36,098 bases of DNA from Malacoraja senta. Taxonomy: Eukaryota. The position numbers and the translations under genes were made by a program. Location: the NCBI GenBank assembly GCA_038087875.1, contig JAXLNO010000370.1:1-36098 (forward strand). The letters are read 5' to 3'. The notes beneath the pieces were generated by a model. That model had not been told where the DNA came from. It saw only the letters and a program-made list of their open reading frames with translations, and searched no databases. This document shows, piece by piece, positions 12,705 to 23,239 of the stretch. Every line of letters begins with the position of its first letter. Position 1 is the stretch's first letter.

Positions 12705-12925
12705 AATCTGTGGAATTCTTTGCCACAGAAGGCTGTGGAGGCCAAGGCATTAGATATTTTTAAAGCGGAGATTGACGTATTCTTGATTAGTAAGGGTGTC
12801 AAAGGTTATAGGGAGAAGGCAGGAGAATGGGGTTGTGAGGGAAAGAAAGATCAGCTATGATTGAAGGGCGGAGTAGGCTCGATGGCCCGAATGGACTAAT
12901 TCAGCTCCTTTGACTTAGGAACTTC
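12705..12925 (+). mobile_element. CR1 LINE 3' fragment
   Basis: aatctgtggaattctttgccacagaaggctgtggaggcc (NLWNSLPQKAVEA) and tail. Confidence 0.78.
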
Positions 12926-13259
12926 TGAAAAGCTTTTGTTGGGTGCTAATCAGATAATATTATACATGAATACAAATCAAGCCATACACAAGTACGGCAG
13001 ATAGAGTGGAGAAAATTCCAATGTCTGCAATGAGGTAGGTTGGAAGATCGGGACTGTACCTTAGTTTATTCTCCCTGTTATCTAGTAGCTTTCCTCTGGG
13101 TGCCTTAGTTTCCTCCTACATTTCCGAGATGCGCAAGTTGGTAGGTCAATTGGTCAAGGTGAATTATGCCAATGAGGGGTGGAACTTGGGGATGAATTTT
13201 GAGAATGTGGGAACAAGAAGCTAGGATTATTGCAAATGGATGAAGTCCGGAATCTCAGG

Positions 13260-14130
13260 AGATTAGCTTGCAGCTTTATTGGCCGCATTTGGAATATTGT
13301 GTGCAATTCTGGTCAACCCATTACAGGAAGAATGTGGAGGCTTTGCAGAGGGTGAGGAGGGTTTTACCAGAATGCTGACTAGATTGGAGGGTATTCGCTA
13401 TAAGGAGGCTTTGGTCAAATTTGGGATTATTTTCTCTGGTACGCTGGAAGTTTAGTTTAGTTTAGTTTAGTGATACAGCGTGGAAACAGGCCCTTCAGCC
13501 CACCGAGTCCACGCCGACCAGCAATCCCCACACACTAACACCATCCTACGTACACTAGGGACAATTTTACATTTATACCAAGCCAATTAACCTACAAACC
13601 TGTACGTCTTTGGAGTGTGGACTGAAAACAAAGATCTCGGAGAAAACCCACACAGGTCACGGGGAGAACGTACAAACTCCGTACAGACAGCACCCGTAGT
13701 CAGGATCGAACATGGGTCTCTGGCGCTGTAAGGCAGTAGTGCCATCATGCCACCCTTTTAAGGTTAAGGGGAGATCTGATAGAAGTATATATAATGGTGA
13801 GAAATATAGAGAGTAGACAGTCAGAACTTTTTTCCCAGACTAGAGGGCATTGCTTTAAGGTGAGAGGGGCAAAGTTTAAAGGAGAAGTGCGGGGCAAGTT
13901 TTTTCACACAGAGGGTGGTGTGGGTGCTGGTCACTTGCTGCTGGGGGTGGTGGTGGAGGCAGATACAATAGTAATGTTTAAGCTTTTAGATAGGAACATG
14001 GATCTGCAGGGAATGGAGGGATATGGATCATGTGCTGACAAATGAGATTAGTTTATTTTGGCATCATGTTCGGCACAGACATTGTGGGCCGAAGGGCCTG
14101 TTTCTGTGCTGTACTCTTCTATGTTCTAAG
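13260..14130 (+). mobile_element. Degenerate CR1 LINE 3' portion, interrupted by a SINE
   Basis: RPHLEYCVQFWS-like sequence at about 13283-13320, resuming after the SINE with ggagatctgatagaagtatat (GDLIEVY) and the tail. Confidence 0.8.
13450..13755 (-). mobile_element. V-SINE (HE1-like) nested in CR1
   Basis: (GTTTA)n tail, V-domain and head on the reverse strand. Confidence 0.82.
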
Positions 14131-14295
14131 GGTGCTTAATGTTGGCACAGACTCTATGACTGATCATTATCTTTATGTTTCCACCAATGTTTAAACAATT
14201 TTCTGTTCCATTCATATGATTATCCATCTCTCTCTCTTTCACAGTCTTCGCCATTCATTTTTTGTCTTGTTTCTCTCTGCTGTTTCTCCTTCCAG

Positions 14296-14433
14296 CATCG
14301 TCTGACTTCCAGTCTGGACACTGACCTGTTGTTAGTCTTTTGCAAAGGTGTTTTAGTGGAGAGTGGCGTTCCCTCAGAATTGCTCTCTCAGGAGGGAAAC
14401 CCCATTACCTGTCTGGTGAAGTTCAAGACGTAG
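14296..14433 (+). CDS. ABCC9: ABCC9 alternative terminal coding exon, SUR2A-type (exon 38A-like)
   Basis: Long pyrimidine tract ending tccag|. Phase-0 ORF HRLTSSLDTDLLLVFCKGVLVESGVPSELLSQEGNPITCLVKFKT*, 45 aa with H-loop HR. The LVFxxGxLVE pattern resembles the SUR2A C-terminus, and it lies upstream of the B exon as in mammals. Confidence 0.85.
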   Translation, partial: HRLTSSLDTDLLLVFCKGVLVESGVPSELLSQEGNPITCLVKFKT

Positions 14434-14628
14434 TGGACAGGAGCTAGCCCTTGGGTTGGTAGTCTTGATGGATATTAGCAATGGCCGCAGCAGCTTTGAT
14501 TGCCTTTGTTTCGCTGCTAGAATCTTTGCGTTAACACAAAAGCCTGCTCACTTTGTGCACTGCTGTCCCTGTGGCACAGCTTCTGCAGTGTGACTTTCTG
14601 AAACTTTTGTATGTAAGACTTAGATTCA

Positions 14629-14634
14629 AATAAA
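14629..14634 (+). terminator. Candidate poly(A) signal for a SUR2A-terminated transcript
   Basis: AATAAA about 195 nt after the SUR2A-type stop, preceded by tgtatgta. It sits at the end of the TE-free block. Confidence 0.35.
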
Positions 14635-14799
14635 ACATTTTAAGAAACATTTGCACAGATACATGGTCAGGACAGGTCTAGAGAAATATGGGCCAAACGC
14701 AGGTAGGTGGGACCAGTGTTGATGGGACATGTTAGCCAGTGTGGGCAAGTTGGGCCGAAGGGCCTGTTTCCACAGTCTATGACTCTATGAAACTAACTA

Positions 14800-14995
14800 A
14801 CAGAACGCCACAGGAGATCCTTTTTCCATATGACCATCAAACTCTACAACTCCTCCCCCCTCCCCCCTCCCTCCCCAATATTTGCACATCCCCAATCCTT
14901 TCCACTCGTCACTTTAATTTCATGTTTCATGTATCTTGTGTTTTATGACTGTTGGCAGATCAATTTCCCTTCTGGGATAAATAAAGTTCTATCAT
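14800..14995 (+). mobile_element. Rex1/Babar-like LINE 3' end
   Basis: cgccacaggagatcctttttcc...atcaaactctacaactcc (RHRRSFF..IKLYNS) and aatttcccttctgggataaataaagtt tail. Confidence 0.6.
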
Positions 14996-15190
14996 ATCAG
15001 AATCAGAATCAGAATCACACTTTATTCGCCAAGTATGTTTTGCGACAAATGAGGAATTTCATTGGCCAGGTCAGTCATACAAATAAAAAGCAACAGATCA
15101 CTCAAAAACACATTTTAACATGAACATCCACCACAGTGACGCCTACACATTCCTCACTGTGATGGAAGGCGAAATAAAGTTCAAGTCCTT
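14996..15190 (-). mobile_element. 3' end of a non-autonomous retroelement with (CTGATT)n tail and internal hairpin
   Basis: (ATCAGA)n plus ctttatt, which is the reverse-complement AATAAAG tail. Hairpin at 15127-15166. Confidence 0.5.
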
Positions 15191-15237
15191 TCCCTTAGTT
15201 ATCCTATCATAAATGTGTTTTGACCTCCTCTTAAAGG

Positions 15238-15842
15238 CATAGAGTCTTACAACACGGAAACAGGACCTTCCACCCAACTTGTACATGTCAACCAAGATCC
15301 TCTATCTAAGCTCATCCCATTTGCCTGCTTTTAGTCCATATCCCTCTGAACCTTAAAGAGTCACAAAGTGCGAGAGCAACTCAGCAGGTCAAGCAGCATT
15401 CCTGGAGAACATGAAAAGGTGACTTTTCGGGTCGAGAGCCTTCTTCAGGAAACTGAAGAAGGGTCCCGAATTGAAACGTCACCTATCTATATTCTCCAGG
15501 AAAGCTGCCTGACCACGCTGAGTTACTCCAACATTCTGCGTTCCTTTATGTAAACCAGCATCTGCAGTTCCTTGTTTCTACATCTGCTCCAAACCTTTCC
15601 TATCCATGTACCTATCCAAATGTTTGTTATTGTAGCTTTCTCAACTGCCTCCTCCGGCAGCTCGTTCCATATAACCACCACACTCTTGAGTGAAAAGGTT
15701 GCCCCTCGGGTTCATATTAAATCTTTCCCTTCTCACCGTACACCTATGTACTCTGGTTCTTGATTCCCTTACCCTGGGTAAAGGACTCTGTGCATTCACC
15801 ATATCTATTCCCCTCATGATTTTACACACCTCTATAAGATCA
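15238..15842 (-). mobile_element. CR1 3' fragment split by a Penelope-like fold-back (about 15357-15582)
   Basis: CR1 tail on both sides (ORF 15641-15829 resembles the ORF2 end). Central inverted cccttcttcag/ctgaagaaggg arms. Confidence 0.7.
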
Positions 15843-17242
15843 CTTTTTAAACAAACGTTATCTGATTGTCAAGAAGTGAGCTGCAATGAATTCTCAAGTT
15901 CATATTGATTCAGTTTTGTATTGCACTGACATTGAAAGGAATTGTTCAAAATTATATTCTCTCACTTTCTCAGAATTAAATGCTATTTGGCTCTGAAAAC
16001 ACTATTAATTATATTAGCTATCATTCATTAAAAAAGGCACTGAGCGTAAATATTGACTGTGAAAAGGCAAAAAAACAATTTATTGTGTAGGAAGGAACAG
16101 AAGGATCTTGACCCAAAACGTCACCTATTCCTTTTCTCCAGAGATGCTGTCTGACCCGCTGAGTTACTCCAGCTTTTGTGTCTAAAAACAACTTTTACAT
16201 TGACTAGTAACCCTTTGGATTCCTCAATCAATGTCTTAACTTGATAGACAATATAATACATTGAAAAGTTCTGCTTGCTGATTGCAAACTAATTTCATTT
16301 GGCAAGCACTACTAACCATTTAAAACTGTTTTCACATTATTGTGACACATTCACAATGACAGAACTTACTCTCGTGATGTTTTCTCCCCCTAATCAGGCA
16401 GCATGTACAGCCATTTTTAACAAGTAATCAAGACAAGTACTGGGTGGATATAAGCCAAAAGGCTTATTTCTAACTGCCTACATTTTGCTGCCAATTTAGT
16501 AACATTTGTCAATTCTTGTGAAACGTATAAGAGGCCAATTTCGAACATGACTGTGCAACTTGAGAAAATGGATCCAGAGTTCTGACTTCCCACTTCAAAT
16601 GAGAATTAGTTATTTCAAATTGCAGAAATAATCTTGGAACATTTCAGTTGAAAACCATTATACGGCCACCAGTAACAGCTCTGGATAAGTTGATCCATCA
16701 CAGTTAAAAGACCCTATAGTTGAAACACGGCTGTTTTTACCAGGGTTATTGATAGTTGTGAATATTAGGAGTGTTTCTTTTACGGTTTATTTAATAAATT
16801 ATGGGGAAAATAATTGAATTCCCAGCCAACAATATTAACTTGGATTTATGGAATGACTTTAACAACTCCTATAACCTGAAGCACTTTACGAGGGATTCCA
16901 AATAAATGCATCCTTGTCAGGGCCCAAGAAGGAGAAAGCTTGGTTGAAGTGGGTGGGTCCAATAAATACTTTTAAAGAAAGACAGAGAGTAAGAATGGCT
17001 AAGAAGCTTGAAGAGAGAATTCTAGAGACAAGAACCAAGGCAGCTGAAATCAAGACAGATTTGCCCCCGTGGGGTACCTTTACGTAGAGACTCTTTGCAT
17101 GCCGAGGTATGCAAAACATCGCATCTCACTGTGACTTGTCACATGTGACAATAGAAGTATCTAATCTAGGATGGAGTGATTAATCTGTGGAATGTGCCAG
17201 AGGTCTCCACTTGAGCAGCACAAAGACATGTTTTTTTTTAAA

Positions 17243-17765
17243 AAGGACACAAAGTGCTGGAGTAACTCAGTGGGTCAAGCTGCCTCTCTGGAGGACATGG
17301 ATAGGAGATGTTTCAGGTTGGGACAAGACGTCTTCAGACTGATTGTATTAGGGAGAAAGAAAGCTAGAAAAGAGAGGTAGGAGCAGGACAAAGCCTGGCA
17401 AGTGATAGTTGGATACAGATCAGAGGGCTTTGATTGGTACATGGTGAGACGAATGCCAGCAGGCTGTAAGATAAGGAGAGGAGCGATAAGGAGCTAAGTT
17501 ACTCCAGCAGTTTGTTTTTTGATCAAGATTCCAGCATCTGCAGTTCATTGTGCTCCTGTTGGAAAACTCATTTCTGCACTACCCATTGTAACTGTACATT
17601 GTTGCACCACCCATTGTTACACTACCCATTGGTGGACTACTCACTAAAGATAGACACATAATGTGCGGGGCAGGCAGCATAACTCACACATAACTCAGCG
17701 GGTCAGGCAGCATCTCTGGGGAAAAGGAATTGGTGACATTTCAGGTCGAGACCCTTCATCAGACT
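17243..17765 (-). mobile_element. Penelope-like terminal fragments
   Basis: gacacaaagtgctggagtaactcag motif with purine-rich body. The second copy reads gtctgatgaagggtctcgacctgaaatgtcacc on the - strand at 17732-17764. Confidence 0.55.
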
Positions 17766-18051
17766 CTATCAAGATCCTAGTCAGGAGTGATGAAAGTTTG
17801 AAGGGATCGGCTTCTCTGCATTTTTGTGTGTGAGCTTGCTATGCACTTTTTGCACTAATCGCAACGCGATTTGGTTTGTCATCGATCAATCCCACAACTA
17901 TATTATCGTGCATCAATGGTTTTAAATCAACTGGCGAAAGGTGAACAGAATTGGCTAATTACGTTTAATTTAAGGATCTAGCATGGATCTTTGCACGTTG
18001 GCCCAGCGAGACCTTGCTGACCACGTGACAGACCTGTTCACATGGGTTAAG

Positions 18052-18390
18052 TATAGTTTAATTTAGTTAAGAGATACAGCATGCAAATAGGCCCACTGAG
18101 TCCATATTGACCATCGATCACCCATTTACACTAGTTCTATGTTATCCCACATTCTCATCCACTCCCTACACACTAGGGGCAACCTACAGAGAGCCAATTA
18201 ACCTAAAAACCCGCACGTCTTTGGGACATGGGAGGAAACCGGAGCACCCGGATGAAACCCACGTGGTCACAGGGAGAACGTGCAAACTCCACACACAGAC
18301 AGACACACACAGTATTCGAGGTCAGGATCGAACTCGCGTTTCTGGCACTGTGAGGCAGCAGCTCTGCCAGCTGCGCCATTGTGCCGCCCA
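18052..18390 (-). mobile_element. V-SINE (HE1-like)
   Basis: Complete reverse-strand copy. Confidence 0.8.
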
Positions 18391-18563
18391 CGTATGCCCA
18401 TACAGAATAGACAGTGGTTGAATATCCTAGATGCTCCCTTCTTGGAGCATGTAAAGAACTTACAACCTGTGATCCATAATCAAAAATACAAGTCTTATAT
18501 TTAGGTTTAATTTCAGCAGATCTGGGCTGGGCAGCAGAGACATCACCTTATTGGCAAATCATT

Positions 18564-18830
18564 AGGGCGGTATCGTGGTAGAGTTGCTGCCTTACAGCGC
18601 CAGAGACCCGGGTTCGATCCTGACTATGGGTGCTGTCTGTAGGGAGTTTGTATGTTCTCCCTATGACCACACTCCAAAGACGTACGGGTTTGTAGGTTAA
18701 TTGGCTTCGGTAAAATTGTAAATTGCCCCTAGGGTAGTGTTAGCGTACAGGGTGATCACTGGTCGGTGCGGTCTGGAAGGGTCTGTGTCAGCACTGCATC
18801 TCTAAAGTGCAAAGTCTGTAGTCTAAAACT
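18564..18830 (+). mobile_element. V-SINE (HE1-like) ending at the SUR2B branch-point region
   Basis: Head with ggttcgatcc, deleted V-domain, tail gcatctctaaagt...gtctaaaact. Confidence 0.8.
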
Positions 18831-18860
18831 ACATTCTAACGGCCCTTCTTCTTCCCACAG

Positions 18861-18998
18861 CATCGTGTGCACACCATTCTAACGGCCGACCTGGTGATCG
18901 TGATGAAACGGGGCAACATTCTTGAATACGATAAACCGGAAAGTCTTCTGGCCCACGAGGGAGGCATCTTTGCATCTTTTGTGAAAGCCGACATGTAG
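18861..18998 (+). CDS. ABCC9: ABCC9 terminal coding exon, SUR2B-type (exon 38B-like)
   Basis: Branch-like ttctaac, acceptor cttcccacag|. Translates [45 protein letters not shown]. Confidence 0.97.
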   Translation, partial: HRVHTILTADLVIVMKRGNILEYDKPESLLAHEGGIFASFVKADM

Positions 18999-19242
18999 AT
19001 GTGTCTGACCTCTCACATTCCACGTTTTAAAAAAAATCTCTGCAACCTCCGTTTATGCTATTTAAAAAAAAGATAGAATATACTGCAGTCTTCCTGAGGT
19101 CAAAGACGCATGCCAGCACTGTCTCCAACAAGTTAAAAACTACAGCACTCTTGCCTCAGTCAGCGGCTGTTGGTGAAACATGACACACTCCACAATCTAT
19201 GCAAACGTTAGTTTAAAACAAGTGATTTTTCACTTCATAAGG

Positions 19243-19428
19243 GGACACAAAGTGCTGGAATAACTCAACATCTCCGGGCAACATCTCCGGAGAACATGGA
19301 TAGGTGACGTTTCGGGTCGAGACCCTTCAAGTTCCATGTTCTCCACAGATGCTGCCTGACCCGCTGAGTTACTCCAGCACTTTGTGTTCTTTTGTGTATT
19401 AACCGGTATCTGCAGTTCTTCGTTTCTA
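19243..19428. mobile_element. Penelope-like fold-back repeat in the probable 3'UTR
   Basis: Inverted arms acacaaagtgctggaataactca / tgagttactccagcactttgtgt. Confidence 0.6.
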
Positions 19429-19638
19429 TATTTTTTACTTCAATGAACTGTAGAATACACATCAGTGCTGGAGAATTCCCATTGCTCATGACTCAACAGA
19501 TTTACTCTAACTTCTCAGAAGTAAGTATTGAAATGCTATCATCAGCAATTATTTCAGGTGTTATATATTATAATGATGCGATTGGATTGAGGTTAATTCC
19601 AATACACTTCCTTGTTGTGCATCGCCTTGCTTCAGCTT

Positions 19639-19920
19639 GGGCGGCAATGTGGCACAGCGGTAGAGTTGCTGCCTTTCAGCACCAGAGACCCAGGTTCAAT
19701 CCTGACTACGGGTGCTGTCTGTACGGACTTTGTACGTTCTTCCTGTGACCTGCGTGGGTATTCTCCAGGTGCTCTGGTTTCCTCCCCCTCTCCAAAGACA
19801 TACAGGTTTGTAGGTTAATTGGCTTCTGTAAATTGTCACCAATGTGTACGATAGTGCTAGTGTACAGGGCGCGGTGCGGACCCAGTGGGCCGAAGGGCCT
19901 GTTTCCACGCTAAAGTAAAC
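19639..19920 (+). mobile_element. V-SINE (HE1-like) in the probable 3'UTR
   Basis: Head, V-domain and tail. Confidence 0.8.
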
Positions 19921-20332
19921 TATTTATTTACTCAATTAATTGATAAAGTTGCTGGTGTTTGAGGACGCACCTTGGCCGCTGATGCATGTTTACACATTGG
20001 AATATGCATTCTAAGACTGTGTGGTTAGTAACGACAAACATGAAGTGATGGAGCCAGACTTGACACAGGTCAGGTACATTAATCAAAGCTACAGACAACA
20101 ATTGTACTTTCTTCATTCCTTCATACATTCTGCATACATTCCTTCATCTTTTCTGTTGCATGTGGAAATATTCACAGCCAAACAGTTTCAGTGGCTGTTC
20201 CACCTTCAGCTATCCAATGCTTGCACATAGTGCCAAGTGAATGATTGATCTAGTGTGAACTCAGGATATGTAGCTCTCAGCTGCCGTGTCTTATTCCATC
20301 CACACTGCCCAACATGAATTCCCTGGAGATTA

Positions 20333-20636
20333 GGTTTTGTTTAGTTTAGAGATACAGAACGGAAACAGGCCCTTCGGCCCTCCGAGTCTGCACAGGCTAG
20401 CAATCCCCGCACATTAACAGTATCCTACACACACTAAGGACAATTTACATTTATACCAAGCCAATTAACCTGTATGCCTTTGGAGTGTGGGAGGAAACTG
20501 GAGCTCCCAGAGAAAACCCACGCAGGTCACGGGGAGAACGCCAAACTCCGTATAGATAGCACCTGCAGTCAGGATCGAACCCGGGTCTCTGGCGCTGTGA
20601 GGCAGCAACTCTACCGCTGCATCACTGTGCCGCCCA
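20333..20636 (-). mobile_element. V-SINE (HE1-like) in the probable 3'UTR
   Basis: Complete reverse-strand copy. Confidence 0.8.
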
Positions 20637-20822
20637 ACCTTCACAGCCTTCAGTCCCCTGCCTCACTTCACCTCACACACCTCTTTTCTTCACCCTTGAC
20701 TGTGTCCCAGAAGAGTTCAGTTTAAATATACAGTATTTTTCAGCTCCATATGAAAACCTATTTTCAACTGTTTTATTGGATGGAAGTTTTGGTCTGTCCA
20801 GCTCAATTAAATTGATCCAGTG

Positions 20823-21090
20823 AAAGATACAGCATGGAAACAGGCCCTTTGGCCATCCATTACCCATTCACACTAGTTCCTTGTTATCCCACTTTTGCAT
20901 CCACTCCCTACATACTAGGGGCAATTTACAGATGGCCAATTAACCTACAAACCCGCAAGTCTTTGGGATGTGGGAGGAAACCGGAGCACCCGGAGGAAAC
21001 CCACATGGTCACAGGGAGAACGTGCAAACTCCATACAGACTATCTCCGGATCTAAGGCGCGGTGAGGTAGCAGCTCTACCAACTGCACCA
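20823..21090 (-). mobile_element. V-SINE (HE1-like) in the probable 3'UTR
   Basis: Reverse-strand copy with damaged head. Confidence 0.75.
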
Positions 21091-22212
21091 GAGGTTTTTC
21101 ACCATCAAAGAGTGTGGTCTATAAACTGAGCAGTATAGTCATGGAGTCTATTCAGAGTGTATGAATTATTCAAACTGGTATCCAAGCAATAACAATGCCC
21201 ATCTTGATAATTGATGACCTCCTATACCATTCCAAGTTAATTATCAGGGTGTATTTGCCAATAATATGTATTAAGCAATTACTAAGCCTTTTACACTACA
21301 ACCTTGTGGGCCTTTGTTCCAACCATCTTCCTATCAACCTCCCCTCACCTGTGTTCACATATTACCTGCCGTGCTTTGTCCTGCTTCTCTCTCCCAGTTT
21401 TATCCCCCCTGCCTCCCCCCACATTCACTGACCCAAAAAAGTCACCTATCCATGTCCTCCAGAGATGCTGCCTGGCCTACTGAGTTACTCCAGCACTTTG
21501 TGTCCTTTTGTGTAAACCAGCATCTGCGGTTCCTTGTTTCCACAGGTACCTTTTGAGGATCTGATGAGAAGCTTCAAGACCATTTCTTACTTTTTGGCCT
21601 CTTTCTATTAATTCCTTCCTAGCACTCCACTGGAAGATAGTTTTCCACGGCTTATTAAAACATGGAGCACACTGATGCAAATAGCGGTTTAAAGAAATAT
21701 ATAGCCTTGCCAACAATTAAGAAACACAGTTCTCACTGGTCAAACGCAGAACAAAACCCTTTGGAGAAACACTCCAAGCACTAACTCCTCAAATACTGAT
21801 CAATTGTCCTTTTCTTTATCGTCTTAGTTAATGTAAAATGTTGAGAAACTTGTATTTAATGTTTGCTCATTATCACTTTGAAGACTGATAAAGATTTAAA
21901 AGGAAAATCAAACGAGAAGCAGCTGTCTATGTACTTCAAAAGGAATTTTAAAAACATAGTAAGAAAGATATTGTACAATATAGCTGAGATTACTTTGAAA
22001 AGATGTGTTTCACTTGTACACAATGAAGATATGTTGTAATGTTTTCCTTAATGAGGGCAAGCCTGCATGGGGTATTTAGAATGAATGAGTGCAAGCAAAA
22101 TAACATGGACTACTTTAAGGATTTATACCAGCCACTTTTGCACTACTGTAAATATGAAATTTGAGTTTCTATATTCAGAGCTCTCAAATGTTTGCTTTTA
22201 CACTTCCATATC

Positions 22213-22223
22213 AATAAAATAAA
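22213..22223 (+). terminator. Tandem overlapping polyadenylation signals
   Basis: AATAAAATAAA, with upstream TGTA elements and downstream T-rich and GT-rich (gtgtggt) sequence. Confidence 0.6.
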
Positions 22224-22419
22224 ATATTTTTCACCATCAAACAGTGTGGTCTATTAACTGAGCAGTATAGTCATAGAGTGTATTCAGCACAGAACCAGCC
22301 CACCTTGTCCATGCCGACCAAGTTGGCACATTGGCCTAGTCTTATCTGCCCGCATTTGGCCCACTATCCCACTAAACCCTTCCGGTCCAAATGTACTTTG
22401 TGCCAACCATTAAATACCC

Positions 22420-22960
22420 CTAGAACATAGAGCAGTACAGCACAGGAACAGGCACTTGGACGCACAATGTCAGTGCGACGTCAAGTTAAACTAATCTTCT
22501 CTGCCTGCATGTGATCCATAATCCCTCCATTTCTTGCAATCCAAAAGTCTACCAAAAAGCCTCTTAAATGCTTTTATTGTAGTTGCCTCCACCACTGTCA
22601 CTGGCAGCGCGTTCCAGGCACCCATCACCTTATGTGTCAATGAAATCCTCTGCGCATATTTGCTTTAACTTTTGTCCTGAAGATAGGCACAAAGTGCTGG
22701 TGTAACTCGATGGGTCAGGCAGCATCTCTGGAGAATGGCTGACTTTTCGGGTCAGAGCCCTTCTTCAGACGTTCGGACCCCAAACATCACTCATCCTTTT
22801 TCTCCAGAGATGCTGCCTGACCCACTGAGTTACTCCAGAACTTTGCGTCTATCCTCGGTACAAATCAGCATCTGTAGTTCCTTCCTACACTTAACTTTTG
22901 TCCTACAGCCTTCAAGCTATGTCCTCCAGTCTTTGACACTTCCACCCTGTAATAACGATT
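22420..22960 (-). mobile_element. CR1 3' fragment split by a Penelope-like fold-back (about 22680-22890)
   Basis: CR1 tail agaacatagagcagtacagcacaggaacagg. ttaacttttgtcct is repeated on both sides of the fold-back. Confidence 0.65.
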
Positions 22961-23239
22961 CTGTCCAAAAGTCCACGACTACTCCTCTCACTCCTGGATC
23001 TCCCCTCCAATCTTGCTCTCCATGTTCTCTTCATTTCTAACACTTCCATGTAACAACTTTGTAGAAAATTCATGATCACAATATTCTAGCATTGATTATA
23101 TTTTGCTCGTCCCCTCATTTCTGGATCTCCATAACTGCACAAATTAAATATTTGTAAGAGCTATAATGGACACAACTTGCACTAAGAGCTATAATGGACA
23201 AAACCTCCACTAAACCTGCACAAAAAAGTCATCTCTCAT

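Larger units (their letters stand above)
18999..22240 (+). other. ABCC9: Probable ABCC9 3'UTR, about 3.2 kb, containing TE insertions
   Basis: Runs from the SUR2B stop to overlapping AATAAA signals. The terminal ~500 nt is AT-rich and TE-free with several TGTA motifs, including TGTAAATA at 22147-22154. Confidence 0.55.

Noticed and set aside
23155..23210. Two 28-nt direct repeats resembling a repeat-spacer array
   Set aside because: It is a simple tandem duplication with two units in eukaryotic DNA, not CRISPR.
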